Shown: positions 17,424 to 28,187, counted from the stretch's first letter. The stretch is DNA of 32,000 nt from Prochlorococcus marinus subsp. pastoris str. CCMP1986 (GCF_000011465.1 NC_005072.1:450001-482000), one strand, 5' to 3'. The notes: generated by a model from the sequence alone, not told the origin. Translations and numbers: made by a program.

Positions 17424-18011
17424 ATGGCAAACCTTAATCAACCCCCAAGTAGAGTTACCCCAAATTTATTGCATATTTTAGATGCTTTTACAGACAATAC
17501 AAAATCAATCGTTAATACAATAGTTGAGTTAAATTCTAATACTATAAATAAGTATGAGTTAATTACTGAAACGGGACATTTGAAACTTGATAGAGTTGGT
17601 TATTCATCACTTGCATACCCTTTTGCTTATGGATGTATTCCAAGAACTTGGGATGAGGATGGTGATCCTCTTGATATTGAAATAGTTGGTGTTACAGAAC
17701 CACTAGTGCCAGGTTCAATCGTAGAGTCAAGGATAATTGGAGTGATGAAATTTGATGATGGAGGAGAAGTTGATGACAAAGTAATTGCTGTCCTATCAGA
17801 TGATAAGAGAATGGATCATATTCATACTTTTGAGGATCTTGGGGAACATTGGCTTAATGAGACCAAGTATTATTGGGAACATTATAAAGATCTAAAAAAA
17901 CCAGGGACATGTACTGTTAATGGCTTTTATGGAATTGAAGAAGCTGTTAAAGTAATTCAAGATTGTGAATCTAGATACCAAAAAGAAATTGAACCTAAAT
18001 TAGTTGATTAA
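17424..18011 (+). CDS. ppa: Inorganic pyrophosphatase, family I
   Basis: EDGDPLDIEIV, KVIAV and the ~195 aa length support the call. ATG 17424 is immediately preceded by an in-frame TTG at 17421. Confidence 0.92.
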   Translation: MANLNQPPSRVTPNLLHILDAFTDNTKSIVNTIVELNSNTINKYELITETGHLKLDRVGYSSLAYPFAYGCIPRTWDEDGDPLDIEIVGVTEPLVPGSIVESRIIGVMKFDDGGEVDDKVIAVLSDDKRMDHIHTFEDLGEHWLNETKYYWEHYKDLKKPGTCTVNGFYGIEEAVKVIQDCESRYQKEIEPKLVD

Positions 18012-18017
18012 CAAAAA

Positions 18018-18968
18018 TTACTTATCTCTAAATTGTTCAAATATTTCCGAAAGAATTTTATCAGCCCCCTGAAGTTTTAGCTTTTCAGCTAATTTCTTAC
18101 CAACTTCCTCTGGATATTTAATATTTCCTATCGATTCATTTTTAATAAGTCTTTTCCCATCGATAGATGCGACCATTCCTATTAGGGCTATTTCATCATT
18201 TTGAATACTACTATTAACTCCTATAGGAACTTGACATCCCCCTTCAAGTTCTCTTAAAAAAGATCTTTCTGCTAAACATCTTTGGCTCGAAACCTTATCT
18301 TCTAGGACACTTATAATTTTAAGAACTTCTTTATCATCAGATTTACATTCAATTCCTAAAGCACCTTGGCCAACGGCATGAAGGGAAATCTCATTAGGAA
18401 TAATTTGGTGAACTCTTGATTCAAATCCTAATCTTTTTAAACCCGCTGCAGCTAGAATAATACAGTCAAATTCTCCTGAATCTAGTTTTTCTATTCTTGT
18501 AATAACGTTACCCCTAATATCTTTGAAGTCAAGATGCGGAAATTTATATCTTAATTGAGCAAGTCTCCTTAAAGAACTTGTTCCAACGATTGAACCTGGA
18601 GGTAAACTTTCTAATTGATAAATTTTATTTTTTTTGTTAACTACTAAAGCATCTGAAGGGTCTTCTCTTTTTGTAATACATCCTAATGTGAGTCCATCAG
18701 GTAAATTAGTAGGCAAATCTTTCAAGGAATGCACTGCAATATCTGCATGTCCCACAAGCATTTGAGCTTCTAGTTCTTTTGTGAAAAGTCCTTTATCTCC
18801 TATTTTGGCTAAGGCGACATCAAGAATTTTGTCACCTTGAGTTGCCATGGCCTCTATCGATACTTCCAAGTCAGGAATATTTTTTTCTAATTGCTCTTTA
18901 ACCCATAATGTTTGAACCATAGCTAATTTACTTCTTCTACTAGCTATCTTTAATTTAAATTTAGTCAT
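18018..18968 (-). CDS. hemC: Porphobilinogen deaminase (hydroxymethylbilane synthase)
   Basis: Supporting motifs are [31 protein letters not shown] and [17 protein letters not shown] (cofactor-binding Cys). Confidence 0.96.
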   Translation of the reverse strand: MTKFKLKIASRRSKLAMVQTLWVKEQLEKNIPDLEVSIEAMATQGDKILDVALAKIGDKGLFTKELEAQMLVGHADIAVHSLKDLPTNLPDGLTLGCITKREDPSDALVVNKKNKIYQLESLPPGSIVGTSSLRRLAQLRYKFPHLDFKDIRGNVITRIEKLDSGEFDCIILAAAGLKRLGFESRVHQIIPNEISLHAVGQGALGIECKSDDKEVLKIISVLEDKVSSQRCLAERSFLRELEGGCQVPIGVNSSIQNDEIALIGMVASIDGKRLIKNESIGNIKYPEEVGKKLAEKLKLQGADKILSEIFEQFRDK

Positions 18969-19062
18969 TAAATATTGGTTTGATTAGTTTAAGATAAAGT
19001 CGCATTTATTTTAAACTAATAGTTGCTAACTTTTCAAAGCCGAAAAATTATATTTAACTTTT

Positions 19063-20253
19063 TTATTTAATATATTCTTTTAGAACTCCATTTCTGTTTG
19101 GATGTCTTAGCTTTCTCAGAGCTTTTGCTTCTATTTGTCTAATTCTCTCTCTTGTAACATCAAAAATTTGTCCTATCTCTTCAAGAGTCTTCATCCTTCC
19201 ATCATCTATTCCATATCGCAGTCTTAGAACATCCCTTTCTCTTGGGCTTAAAGTCGCCAAAACCCCTTCTAAATCTTCTCTCAATAAAGTCTTAGATACA
19301 TCTTGTTCTGGATTTTCAATATCAGCTTCTATAAAGTCTCCAAGCCTTGAATCCTCTTCTTTACCTATTGGTGTCTCTAATGAGATTGGAAGCTGAGCAC
19401 TTTTAGCTATAAATCTTAATTTTTCAATTGTCATTTCCATACTCTCAGCTATTTCTTCTTCGCTAGGCTTTCTTCCAAACTCTTGACTAAGAACTTTTGT
19501 TGTTTTTTTTATTCTAGAAATTGTTTCATATAAGTGAACAGGCAATCTAATCGTTCTACTTTGATCTGCTATCGCTCGTGTTATCGCTTGACGAATCCAC
19601 CAAGTAGCATAAGTAGAAAATTTATAACCTTTTTCATGGTCAAATTTTTCGGCAGCTCTGATTAAACCTAAGCTTCCTTCTTGTATTAAATCTTGAAAAG
19701 ATAGGCCTCTATTCATATATTTCTTAGCAATAGAGACAACTAATCTTAAATTAGATTGAACCATCTTCTCTTTAGCTCTTCTCCCTAAGAGAAGTCTTCT
19801 TCTGAATTTAGAGAGAGGCATGTCGGTTAATTCAGCCCATTCTCTAACTGAAGGGAAATGTCCTTTCTCAGACTCGTATTGTGTAGCTAGCTCTTCAAGT
19901 TGGAGTAGATCAGCTATTTTTCTAGCAAGTTCAATTTCTTCATCAGGTCTTAATAATCTAATTCTTCCAATTTCCTGAAGATAAACTCTTATAGAATCTT
20001 CTGTGTATATTCCCTTTGGTCCAAGCTTTACGTTACCAATAGCTTTGGCCTCTTCATCAGAACCATTAAATTCATCTTTATTTTCAATACTGCCTTCATC
20101 ATTAAGTGGCTTTTGTTTCGAGTTTTGAATAGGATCTTGATACTTGATACTTTCTTCTTCTCGATCGTTTTTAAAATTTGAATCAATTTTTTTATTAATT
20201 TTTTTCTTGGAACTAGGATTAGAACTTTTTGATTCTGTTGCGGCTGGACACAT
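19063..20253 (-). CDS. sigA: RNA polymerase principal (group 1) sigma factor
   Basis: Region 2 ([52 protein letters not shown]), region 3 and region 4.2 ([30 protein letters not shown]) are all present. The ATG is preceded by AAGGAG at an 8-nt spacing. Confidence 0.95.
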   Translation of the reverse strand: MCPAATESKSSNPSSKKKINKKIDSNFKNDREEESIKYQDPIQNSKQKPLNDEGSIENKDEFNGSDEEAKAIGNVKLGPKGIYTEDSIRVYLQEIGRIRLLRPDEEIELARKIADLLQLEELATQYESEKGHFPSVREWAELTDMPLSKFRRRLLLGRRAKEKMVQSNLRLVVSIAKKYMNRGLSFQDLIQEGSLGLIRAAEKFDHEKGYKFSTYATWWIRQAITRAIADQSRTIRLPVHLYETISRIKKTTKVLSQEFGRKPSEEEIAESMEMTIEKLRFIAKSAQLPISLETPIGKEEDSRLGDFIEADIENPEQDVSKTLLREDLEGVLATLSPRERDVLRLRYGIDDGRMKTLEEIGQIFDVTRERIRQIEAKALRKLRHPNRNGVLKEYIK

Positions 20254-20584
20254 AGTGGACTCCTTTCTACGATGAATTTAACTAGGCAAAAATTTAATTA
20301 AGACGAATTTATACACTTAGTAGTAAAAGTTTGCCTTAAAGATTAGAAGAACTAACTCACAAAAATTGTGTTTAGATAAAGTTTTTTTTTAATTGTTGAA
20401 AAATTTAAATAGTGTTATAGATTACCTAAAGTAAAAAGTCTTAGGATTTCTCAGACTGGCAGATCAATTTTTGAATTTTAATTCAATGATCAAAGCTTCA
20501 TGTCTCCCTTAAAAACTGAATACTTAAAATATGCAAAAGCACTTTGTGTAATGTTCAACAATCCAATACTAAGAAAAAGTTTTG

Positions 20585-22858
20585 ATGCCGGCAAGTAATA
20601 ATTTATCAAATACCCTTTATAAGTTTGATGTCTTGCTTGATATAGGTAGTCATACCAACGCTTTTTCTTATTTAGATGGTGATAATCTCGGAGTAGAAAT
20701 TGGAGATATTGTTTCAGTAAGACTTAAGGGAAGACTCTTGAATGGGCTAACGATTTCTAAAAGTCCTTTTTTAAAGACAGATAAAAATAAAAAAGATTTT
20801 GATGAAGAATCTAATTTTGAATATTTATCTATACAAAGTATTGTCCAAAAAAAAGTGATTCAAGATTGGTGGAGAGAATGGTTGGAGGATCTAGCTTTAT
20901 TTTATCGGGTAACTAGTTTGAAAATGTTTAAAACAGCTTTCCCCCCTGGATGGATTGGTAAACATAAAAAATTATCTCAAAATTTTAAATATCAAATATG
21001 GATCGAATCTCAAATAGATTTAGAATTTAATAATGATGACTTAACAAAAAGAGAACTTTCATTAATAAATATATTGCGTCTTAAAGGGAAATGGCAAAGC
21101 GAATTATTAAGGTTTGGTTTTAATTCCACAATTATAAATTCAATGGTGAATAAAAAACTACTAATAAAGGCTAAAAGAAAAAAAATAGTTAGTACCAAAT
21201 TAAGTTCTTTTAAAAATGATTGTATTAAATTAAAAAGACCAAATCTTACTCAGGAACAAAAAAAAATATATGGGGAAATGCAAGAGATGCGACCCGGAGA
21301 TGTCTGTTTGCTATGGGGAGAAACAGGTTCAGGAAAAACAGAAATTTATATGAGAATGGCTGAAGATCAACTACTTAATAAAAAGAGCTGTCTAATGCTG
21401 GCTCCAGAAATTGGCTTAATTCCTCAACTTATTGATAGATTCAGTAAAAGATTTCAAAATGAGGTTTTTGAATATCACAGTAATTGTTCTTCGAGGCATA
21501 GAACTTTAGTTTGGAAAAAGATAATAGATGAAGATGAACCTCTTATTGTTATTGGGACAAGGTCCGCAGTATTCCTTCCTATACAGAATTTAGGCTTAAT
21601 AATTATGGATGAAGAACATGACGTTTCATATAAGCAAGACAGCCCAATGCCTTGTTACGATGCGAGGGATGTCGCTCTTGAAAGAGTAAAAAGAAATCCA
21701 GCAAAGCTAATTTTTGGAAGTGCAACTCCATCAATGACAACTTGGAAAAGAGTTGTTTTTGAAAAAAAGTTTAAGATGCTGAGAATGAAAGAAAGAATAT
21801 CTCGTACTGAAATACCGGAAATCAAAGTTGTTGATATGCGTTGTGAATTTAAAAAGGGTAATACAAAAATCTTTTGTGGCGAATTATTAGAATTAATTTC
21901 TCAGCTTAAAGAGAATCAGGAACAAGCAATAGTTTTGATTCCTAGAAGGGGGTATAACGGTTTTCTAAGCTGTAGAAATTGTGGATTTATTATAAATTGC
22001 CCTAATTGTGATGTACCTTTATCTGTTCATGCAGGCTCAAAAGGTAAAAAGTGGCTTAGCTGTCACTGGTGTGATCATAAAGCAAAAGTTATCAATACTT
22101 GTCCAGATTGTGAATCAAAGGCCTTTAAGCCTTTTGGTATTGGTACTCAAAGGGTTATTGAATTCTTGAATAATGAATTTCCTGAACTGAGGTTACTTCG
22201 TTTTGATAGAGATACCACCTCAGGCAAAGATGGTCATAGAAATATTCTTTCAAAGTTTTCTAATGGAAATGCAGATATCCTTGTAGGGACCCAAATGTTA
22301 GCGAAAGGTATTGATATTCCTAATGTTACTCTTTCTGTGGTTATTGCCGCAGATGGATTACTTCATCGCCCAGATATTTCAGCTGAAGAAAAATCATTAC
22401 AATTATTTCTACAATTAGCCGGCAGAGCAGGTAGAGCTAAAAAATCAGGAAAGGTTATCTTTCAAACGTATAAACCAAGTCATCCTGTGCTTTCCTATCT
22501 CAAAAATAGAAATTACGAGGGATTTTTACATGAAAGCTCTAAATTAAGAAAAGATGCAAAACTTTTTCCTTTTTGTAAAGTATGCCTTTTAAAGATTTCT
22601 GGGAAAAACTTCGAACTTACTGAAATAACTGCGACCAAGCTAGCGAAATATATGATAAGTTTTTGTAAAGATAATAAGTGGACAGTAATTGGTCCTGCTC
22701 CAAGTTTAATTGCAAAGGTTGGTAATAAATTTAGGTGGCAAATATTAATACATGGCCCAGAGAATTCGGAATTCCCTCTTCCTGATAGGTCTGATCTTTG
22801 GCAAAAAATTCCAAAAAATGTGTTTTTATCAATTGATCTGAATCCAGTAGAGTTATAG
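20585..22858 (+). CDS. priA: Primosomal protein N' (replication restart helicase PriA)
   Basis: Supporting motifs are Walker A GETGSGKT, the DEEH box IMDEEHD, and the Cys-rich zinc region CRNCG...CPNCD...CHWCD...CPDC. The helicase C-terminal QLAGRAGR is also present. ATG 20585 is preceded by an in-frame TTG at 20582. Confidence 0.95.
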   Translation: MPASNNLSNTLYKFDVLLDIGSHTNAFSYLDGDNLGVEIGDIVSVRLKGRLLNGLTISKSPFLKTDKNKKDFDEESNFEYLSIQSIVQKKVIQDWWREWLEDLALFYRVTSLKMFKTAFPPGWIGKHKKLSQNFKYQIWIESQIDLEFNNDDLTKRELSLINILRLKGKWQSELLRFGFNSTIINSMVNKKLLIKAKRKKIVSTKLSSFKNDCIKLKRPNLTQEQKKIYGEMQEMRPGDVCLLWGETGSGKTEIYMRMAEDQLLNKKSCLMLAPEIGLIPQLIDRFSKRFQNEVFEYHSNCSSRHRTLVWKKIIDEDEPLIVIGTRSAVFLPIQNLGLIIMDEEHDVSYKQDSPMPCYDARDVALERVKRNPAKLIFGSATPSMTTWKRVVFEKKFKMLRMKERISRTEIPEIKVVDMRCEFKKGNTKIFCGELLELISQLKENQEQAIVLIPRRGYNGFLSCRNCGFIINCPNCDVPLSVHAGSKGKKWLSCHWCDHKAKVINTCPDCESKAFKPFGIGTQRVIEFLNNEFPELRLLRFDRDTTSGKDGHRNILSKFSNGNADILVGTQMLAKGIDIPNVTLSVVIAADGLLHRPDISAEEKSLQLFLQLAGRAGRAKKSGKVIFQTYKPSHPVLSYLKNRNYEGFLHESSKLRKDAKLFPFCKVCLLKISGKNFELTEITATKLAKYMISFCKDNKWTVIGPAPSLIAKVGNKFRWQILIHGPENSEFPLPDRSDLWQKIPKNVFLSIDLNPVEL

Positions 22859-23965
22859 CTAATTAGATGGAAGTTCTGGGAAGTTAGATCCTATTTGGTA
22901 TCTATAAAACCTTAAAAAATAAGCAATAGACATTAACAATAAAATAAGTAAAAATCCTAATAATAATTTGTTCCAATTCCAAAATGAGAACTCCAGGCTA
23001 TTTAATTCTCCAGGGATTATTTGCCACTTTATAAAATTCTTAGATACTTCTACATTAGAATTTTCTAGATCTTTAACTCTTACTTTGTTTGGGTTAACAA
23101 TATTGAGAGTTAGTTCTAAATCTTCCCCATATAAAAGATTTTGAAGATCAAAATCTATTCTGAAATTATATTTTTTTAAAAAGAAAAAATTATTTTCAAT
23201 ACTGTCAATTTTTAGATCAGTTGACTCTCCAAACACTTCACTTGCTATTTTTTGTATTTTGTAAAGAGTTTCTTGAGCAGTTTCCATACTTAGATTTTTA
23301 TTTTTAAATGAAAAATCTAGTTCTCCTGTTGATATTTCTCCATCAGGAAAAATTTCTTTGATTTTTTGTTCGAAATTTATTTGCCAAGGAAATTTTTTAA
23401 TATATTTGCTTTCAATTTCGAAATTATTATTTATTGCGTCAATCTCACTAATATCGAGAGTATCTTCAACTTTAACGCACCCGCTTAAGAGTGGAATTAG
23501 TAATAATAATAATAAAGAAATGATAAATATAAATCCTTTCTGAAATGGCTTTGTTTGACCAGTTGGAATATTTGATGTATCTATAAACTTTTTTTCCTTC
23601 TTATGATTATTAGGTTTTAGAGAGGAAAGAGATGTTTTGTCTAAGGCAGGATTACTTTCAAAAGTAATATTCCAATTCTCAGGTTTTTTAATTTCAGGAG
23701 AATCGATAATTTCCATTAAATACTTTGCATTTTCTCGCACTTTATAATCAAGAGATTTTAAAAGTTCTTTGCAAAATATTTTTGCCTCTTCCTTTTTATT
23801 AATGCCCGATAGGGCTGTAATTAGTATGGTTCGTAAATTTGCACCTTCTTTACTAGAGGGAGGGTAAGATTCGATTATTGGGTATAAATATTCAATACAG
23901 AAATTATATTCACCTTTAATAAGAGCTAACTCTGCCTTTTCAACAATTTGCTTGTATGAATCCAT
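22859..23965 (-). CDS. Conserved cyanobacterial membrane protein (TPR-like N-terminal region, two TM segments, DUF3153-like central domain)
   Basis: TM segments are FIFIISLLLLLLIPLLSGC and LLLGFLLILLLMSIAYF. ATG 23965 lies 2 nt after the argB stop. An alternative TTG at 23971 would overlap that stop. Confidence 0.6.
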   Translation of the reverse strand: MDSYKQIVEKAELALIKGEYNFCIEYLYPIIESYPPSSKEGANLRTILITALSGINKKEEAKIFCKELLKSLDYKVRENAKYLMEIIDSPEIKKPENWNITFESNPALDKTSLSSLKPNNHKKEKKFIDTSNIPTGQTKPFQKGFIFIISLLLLLLIPLLSGCVKVEDTLDISEIDAINNNFEIESKYIKKFPWQINFEQKIKEIFPDGEISTGELDFSFKNKNLSMETAQETLYKIQKIASEVFGESTDLKIDSIENNFFFLKKYNFRIDFDLQNLLYGEDLELTLNIVNPNKVRVKDLENSNVEVSKNFIKWQIIPGELNSLEFSFWNWNKLLLGFLLILLLMSIAYFLRFYRYQIGSNFPELPSN

Positions 23966-23967
23966 TC

Positions 23968-24822
23968 TCAAGCATTAATCATTGTTCCAATACCTGAATT
24001 TGTGAAAATTTCTAGAAGTAATGAATGTTCAATCCTTCCATCAATTATATGGGCAGCTTTTACTCCTTGAGCCAGGGCTCTAATACAACATTCCGTTTTT
24101 GGTAGCATGCCATTAGAAACAATATTTTTTTCAATAAATTTTCTGGCGTCTTTTAGATTGATTTGTTTTACGAGACTATTTGGGTTATCTCCCTCTTTTA
24201 GTATCCCTGGAGTATCAGTTAAAAGAATAAGTTTTTCTGCATTTATTGCAGCAGCAACTTCGCCTGCTACGAAATCAGCATTGATGTTATGAGAAATGCC
24301 ATCTGCTGTAGATCCAATACTTGAAATAACAGGAATATATCCTTTCGCAATAAGAGGGTCTAATAACTCAGGGTTGATTTGTGTGACCTCTCCAACTAAT
24401 CCATGACTTCCATCTCCTAATTCTCTTGACTGAATTAAGTTTCCATCGAGTCCTGAAATTCCTACAGCTAATGAACCTGTTTTATTGATCCCCCTAACAA
24501 TCTGTTTATTTACTCTTCCCATAAGCACCATCTCAACTATTTCCATTGTTTTCTCATCGGTAACTCTTAACCCATTTTCAAATTTTGGTGATATTTCCAA
24601 TTTGTTTAGCCAACGATTGATTTCGGGACCACCACCATGTATAACGACAGGGCATACACCAACACTTGATAATAGAGCAATATCTCTGAAGAAAGCTTCT
24701 TTTAATTTTTCATCTTCCATAATAGAACCGCCATACTTAACAACAATTTTTCTACCTGAAAACCTTTGTATGTATGGAAGTGCCTCGCTTAATATTGATA
24801 CTCTTAGGGAATCGTCCATCAT
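23968..24822 (-). CDS. argB: Acetylglutamate kinase
   Basis: Supporting motifs are [29 protein letters not shown] and GTMI (AAK family, ArgB pattern). Confidence 0.96.
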   Translation of the reverse strand: MMDDSLRVSILSEALPYIQRFSGRKIVVKYGGSIMEDEKLKEAFFRDIALLSSVGVCPVVIHGGGPEINRWLNKLEISPKFENGLRVTDEKTMEIVEMVLMGRVNKQIVRGINKTGSLAVGISGLDGNLIQSRELGDGSHGLVGEVTQINPELLDPLIAKGYIPVISSIGSTADGISHNINADFVAGEVAAAINAEKLILLTDTPGILKEGDNPNSLVKQINLKDARKFIEKNIVSNGMLPKTECCIRALAQGVKAAHIIDGRIEHSLLLEIFTNSGIGTMINA

Positions 24823-24833
24823 GAAAAGAATAC

Positions 24834-25364
24834 TTAATAAAAGAAAATCAAATCGAATTCCTTTTCATTATCGTTGATAATAAATTCTGATTCAAGACCT
24901 TTGACGAAAAACCTGTTTAATCTCTCTTGTTTATCAATCCATTGTTCAAAGGGGACATCATTGATTTCAAAATGCATCTTAAAACCATTCTTTTCTTCTT
25001 TTGTAATTTCTTCAATCTCTTTAAGTTGTGGAGGATTATCTTCATTCCATAAATTTAAGGCCTCTAATGAAGATTCAAGATGCGCTTTTATTCCATACCT
25101 CCATCTGGTTACATCTCTAACTAATTCGGTTAATTCTTTGGGTCTATTAAATTTATTTTTCTTAAAATCATTTCTATTTACTAATTTAACTGGAGGTATT
25201 TCAGAAGTTTTCAAACCAAGTCCAATTAGTAAAATAGGGACTCCATAAAAAAAAGTAGGCACGCTTAGATTTACTGACTCAGTAAAATAAGCTGTCATCC
25301 CAATAAAAGCCAAAACACCTCCTGCGACTGTTATTATATTTGCAGGAGATAGGTATTTCTTCAT
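24834..25364 (-). CDS. Conserved cyanobacterial membrane protein (DUF2854-like)
   Basis: Two N-terminal TM segments are followed by a soluble C-terminal domain. ATG start, 11 nt upstream of argB on the same strand. Confidence 0.6.
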   Translation of the reverse strand: MKKYLSPANIITVAGGVLAFIGMTAYFTESVNLSVPTFFYGVPILLIGLGLKTSEIPPVKLVNRNDFKKNKFNRPKELTELVRDVTRWRYGIKAHLESSLEALNLWNEDNPPQLKEIEEITKEEKNGFKMHFEINDVPFEQWIDKQERLNRFFVKGLESEFIINDNEKEFDLIFFY

Positions 25365-25394
25365 TTTGTTTTATTAGAAAAGTTATTTTATATT

Positions 25395-25577
25395 ATGCAA
25401 GATCATAATTCTACAAATCAAGAAGATTTAATTTTAAGACTTGATCAAGATAGAGCTTGGTTGTTAGAGAATCTTGATAAAGGTAAATGGTCAGAGATTA
25501 GGAGTGAACTGGCTGATCTTGAAAGAAAAATAAGCAAACTCATTATACGTGTTCAAGAATCAAATATTGAGACTTGA
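25395..25577 (+). CDS. Small hypothetical protein (60 aa, predicted helical)
   Basis: ATG ORF. Its stop lies 2 nt from the convergent ssb stop. No motif. Confidence 0.4.
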   Translation: MQDHNSTNQEDLILRLDQDRAWLLENLDKGKWSEIRSELADLERKISKLIIRVQESNIET

Positions 25578-25579
25578 TT

Positions 25580-26029
25580 TTAAAAGGGTATTTCGTCAAC
25601 TTCAGGGACTAAAGGAGAGGTATTCCATTGTGAATTTTCAGTATTCCCCGATTTTTCTTCAGAAGAATTGCTATTGTTGCTATGAGAAATGTTAGTTTCT
25701 TTTTTCTCTGATGTTATTTGTACACCAGGACTTATATTATGAATTCTAGAAGCTGTCAGTTCAGGCTGCTTTTCCTTGGTGCCATCTTTTCTGGTTACTG
25801 AGTTCATTCTAAGACGTCCCTCAATAACTATGTTTTGACCTTCTTTTAATTCTCCCACCATTTCTTGTGCAATAGTACCCCAACCTAAAACTTTTAATTC
25901 TCTAAATGGATCTTCATCGCGTAATCCTTTGAAATTAACGGTCATTTCAGCAATGGGTGTTTTATTCTCTTTGGTATATCTCATCTGAGGAGCGCTATTT
26001 ATTACGGCTTGAATTAAACAATGATTCAT
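25580..26029 (-). CDS. ssb: Single-stranded DNA-binding protein
   Basis: An OB-fold N-terminal domain (APQMRYTKENKTPIAEMTV...VLGWG...VIEGRLRMN) is followed by a low-complexity linker. The acidic C-terminal tip is DEIPF. Confidence 0.92.
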   Translation of the reverse strand: MNHCLIQAVINSAPQMRYTKENKTPIAEMTVNFKGLRDEDPFRELKVLGWGTIAQEMVGELKEGQNIVIEGRLRMNSVTRKDGTKEKQPELTASRIHNISPGVQITSEKKETNISHSNNSNSSEEKSGNTENSQWNTSPLVPEVDEIPF

Positions 26030-26058
26030 TAACTTTCTATTTAATTACAAATATCTTG

Positions 26059-26868
26059 ATGCACAATTCAGAAAATTGCCACGAAAATGTTTGGATCCTT
26101 TCAGGAACTTCAGATGGACCAGTCATAGTTAACAAACTATTAAAACTTAATTATGTAGTATTTGTAAGTGTTGTCACGCATAAAGCAAGTAAATCTTACG
26201 TTGAAAATTCAAAGTTACACATCATTACAGGAAAATTAAATGATTCAAGTGAAATCATCAACTTTATTGAAAAAAATAAAATTAATTATGTAATAGATGC
26301 AACTCATCCATTTGCTTTAATTATTTCTCAAAATCTAGATGAAGCATGTAAAAAAATCAAAAAGCCTCTCTTGGCTTTTGAGAGGAAATCGGAAATAAAA
26401 CCATTTAAAAACTTTAATTATATATTGGGTCTAAAAAATATAAACAAGGAAGTTTTAGTAAATAAAAATATTCTTTTAGCAATAGGATCTAGACTACTAA
26501 ATGAGACGGCAAGTTATTATTTAAAATGTGGTGCAAATGTATTTACAAGAGTAATCCCAACATATGAAAGCATATCCACAGCTTTTGCCTCATGTATAAA
26601 AAATTCAAACATAGCAATACTTGAACCTAGTAAAAACAAAGGAATTATTTTAGAAAAAAAACTATGTGATCATTGGAAGATAGATTATATACTTTGCAGA
26701 GATTCTGGAAGTTATGCACAAATGAATTGGGAGGAAATTGTTTATAAAAGTGATATGAAGTTATTTTTAGTAAAAAGGCCAAACCTAAAATTTAGAAACT
26801 CGCTTATATTTTTTGATTATGATAAGTTGATAAATCAATTAACTGGTAAAAACAACACTTTAGGATGA
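26059..26868 (+). CDS. cobK: Precorrin-6A / cobalt-precorrin-6A reductase
   Basis: VWILSGTSDG and IDATHPFA are CobK/CbiJ hallmarks. The long ORF from 25957 would overlap the ssb 5' end. ATG 26059 gives a typical ~269 aa protein. Confidence 0.85.
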   Translation: MHNSENCHENVWILSGTSDGPVIVNKLLKLNYVVFVSVVTHKASKSYVENSKLHIITGKLNDSSEIINFIEKNKINYVIDATHPFALIISQNLDEACKKIKKPLLAFERKSEIKPFKNFNYILGLKNINKEVLVNKNILLAIGSRLLNETASYYLKCGANVFTRVIPTYESISTAFASCIKNSNIAILEPSKNKGIILEKKLCDHWKIDYILCRDSGSYAQMNWEEIVYKSDMKLFLVKRPNLKFRNSLIFFDYDKLINQLTGKNNTLG

Positions 26869-27191
26869 AGAAAGTTTTACTTTTGGTAGCAACTGAATTA
26901 AATAAAAAAGCAGCTAAGAAAATAGCTAAATTATTACTCAAAAAAAAACTTGCAGCGTGTGTCTCATTAAAAGAGATTAAATCCATTTATGAGTGGAAAG
27001 GGAAAATTGAGGAGGTTAATGAGGTGGAAATTATAATAAAAAGTAAACCACAATTGAATCATGCTTTGGTAGTTTTCTTACAAAAGCAGATATCTTATGA
27101 TCTTCCTCAAATTATTTATAAAAAGTTTAATTCTGAAAAAAAATATTCTAATTGGGTAAATAAATCTTGTTCAAATCAAGTGTTTCCGTAA
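26865..27191 (+). CDS. cutA: CutA1 divalent-cation tolerance protein
   Basis: KKLAACVSL...SIYEWKGKIEE..E..IIIKS matches the CutA pattern. The protein is ~108 aa. Its start overlaps the cobK stop (ATGA). Confidence 0.85.
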   Translation: MKKVLLLVATELNKKAAKKIAKLLLKKKLAACVSLKEIKSIYEWKGKIEEVNEVEIIIKSKPQLNHALVVFLQKQISYDLPQIIYKKFNSEKKYSNWVNKSCSNQVFP

Positions 27192-28187
27192 TAAATTTTG
27201 AAGATTAATATTAGATCTAGAACCTAACTGAGTAATTATTTGACCAGCGCATATTGAGCCTATTTCTCCGCACTTTTTTAAAGAATAATTATTAATTAGT
27301 CCATGAATAAATCCACCAGCATAAAGATCTCCCGCGCCGGTTGTATCAATAATTTTTCCTAATAGTTTTGGTTTTATTTCTTCAGACTTGTCTTTATTGA
27401 CAACTAAAGAACCTTTACTTCCTAAAGTGATTATTACTAATTCACATATTGAAGAAATAGATTCTTGGCATCTTTGTAAATCATTTTCTTGAAATAGACT
27501 CAAAACTTCTGATTCGTTACAAAAAACTATATCAATGTAGTTTTCAATTAATTCTAAGAAACTTTCTCGATGCCTATCTACACAAAAAGAGTCCGATAAT
27601 GAAAGTATTATTTTTGTATCGGATTCTTTGGCAAGCTTTGCAGCTTGAAGAAAGGCATTTTTGGCTAAATCACTATCCCATAAGTATCCTTCCAAGTATA
27701 AATATTTGCTATTTGCTATTAACTTATAATTTACATCTTTAGGTTCAAATTCAATTGAAGCACCCAAATATGTGCACATTGTTCTTTGCGCATCTGGAGT
27801 TATAAAAATTATTGAATGTGCACTTGAGGGCCCTTTATCTATAGGCGGCGTGTTAAAAATAGTATTACTTCTTTTAATATCAGTAGAGAAGAAATTTCCA
27901 AAATTGTCATTCTTTACTCTTCCAATAAATTGAACATTATTATCTAATTCAGCCAAGCATACGACAGTATTAGCAGACGACCCCCCTGATATTTTTTTAA
28001 TTACTGTGCAATTTTTTAATAAAGCTTCAGATTCATTAGAGTTGATAAGATTCATAGATCCCTTTTTAAGGGTATTTATCTCTAAAAATTCATCATCCAC
28101 ATTAACAATAATATCAACTATTGCATTTCCTAATCCAATAAGGTCTATATCTTTTTTTAGATCAAAAAGGTTATTTTTTTCTATCAT
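27171..28187 (-). CDS. PfkB-family carbohydrate/nucleoside kinase (adenosine-kinase-like)
   Basis: An N-terminal GLGNAIVD is present. The C-terminal DTTGAGDLYAGGFIHG is the PfkB signature 2. The 3' end overlaps the cutA 3' end by 21 nt. Confidence 0.88.
   Translation of the reverse strand: MIEKNNLFDLKKDIDLIGLGNAIVDIIVNVDDEFLEINTLKKGSMNLINSNESEALLKNCTVIKKISGGSSANTVVCLAELDNNVQFIGRVKNDNFGNFFSTDIKRSNTIFNTPPIDKGPSSAHSIIFITPDAQRTMCTYLGASIEFEPKDVNYKLIANSKYLYLEGYLWDSDLAKNAFLQAAKLAKESDTKIILSLSDSFCVDRHRESFLELIENYIDIVFCNESEVLSLFQENDLQRCQESISSICELVIITLGSKGSLVVNKDKSEEIKPKLLGKIIDTTGAGDLYAGGFIHGLINNYSLKKCGEIGSICAGQIITQLGSRSNINLQNLLRKHLI

Noticed and set aside
18983-19020. 10-bp hairpin (ATTAGTTTAA, 18-nt loop, TTAAACTAAT) between sigA and hemC; considered as a possible sigA terminator
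   Set aside because: The stem has only one G:C pair and is not followed by a U-tract on the transcribed (minus) strand. That is not convincing as an intrinsic terminator.
24485-25248. Two long plus-strand ORFs (130 aa and 124 aa) antisense to argB and the DUF2854-like gene
   Set aside because: They are low-complexity Ser/Ile/Phe-rich translations typical of the antisense strand of AT-rich genes. The opposite-strand genes have strong homology signatures.
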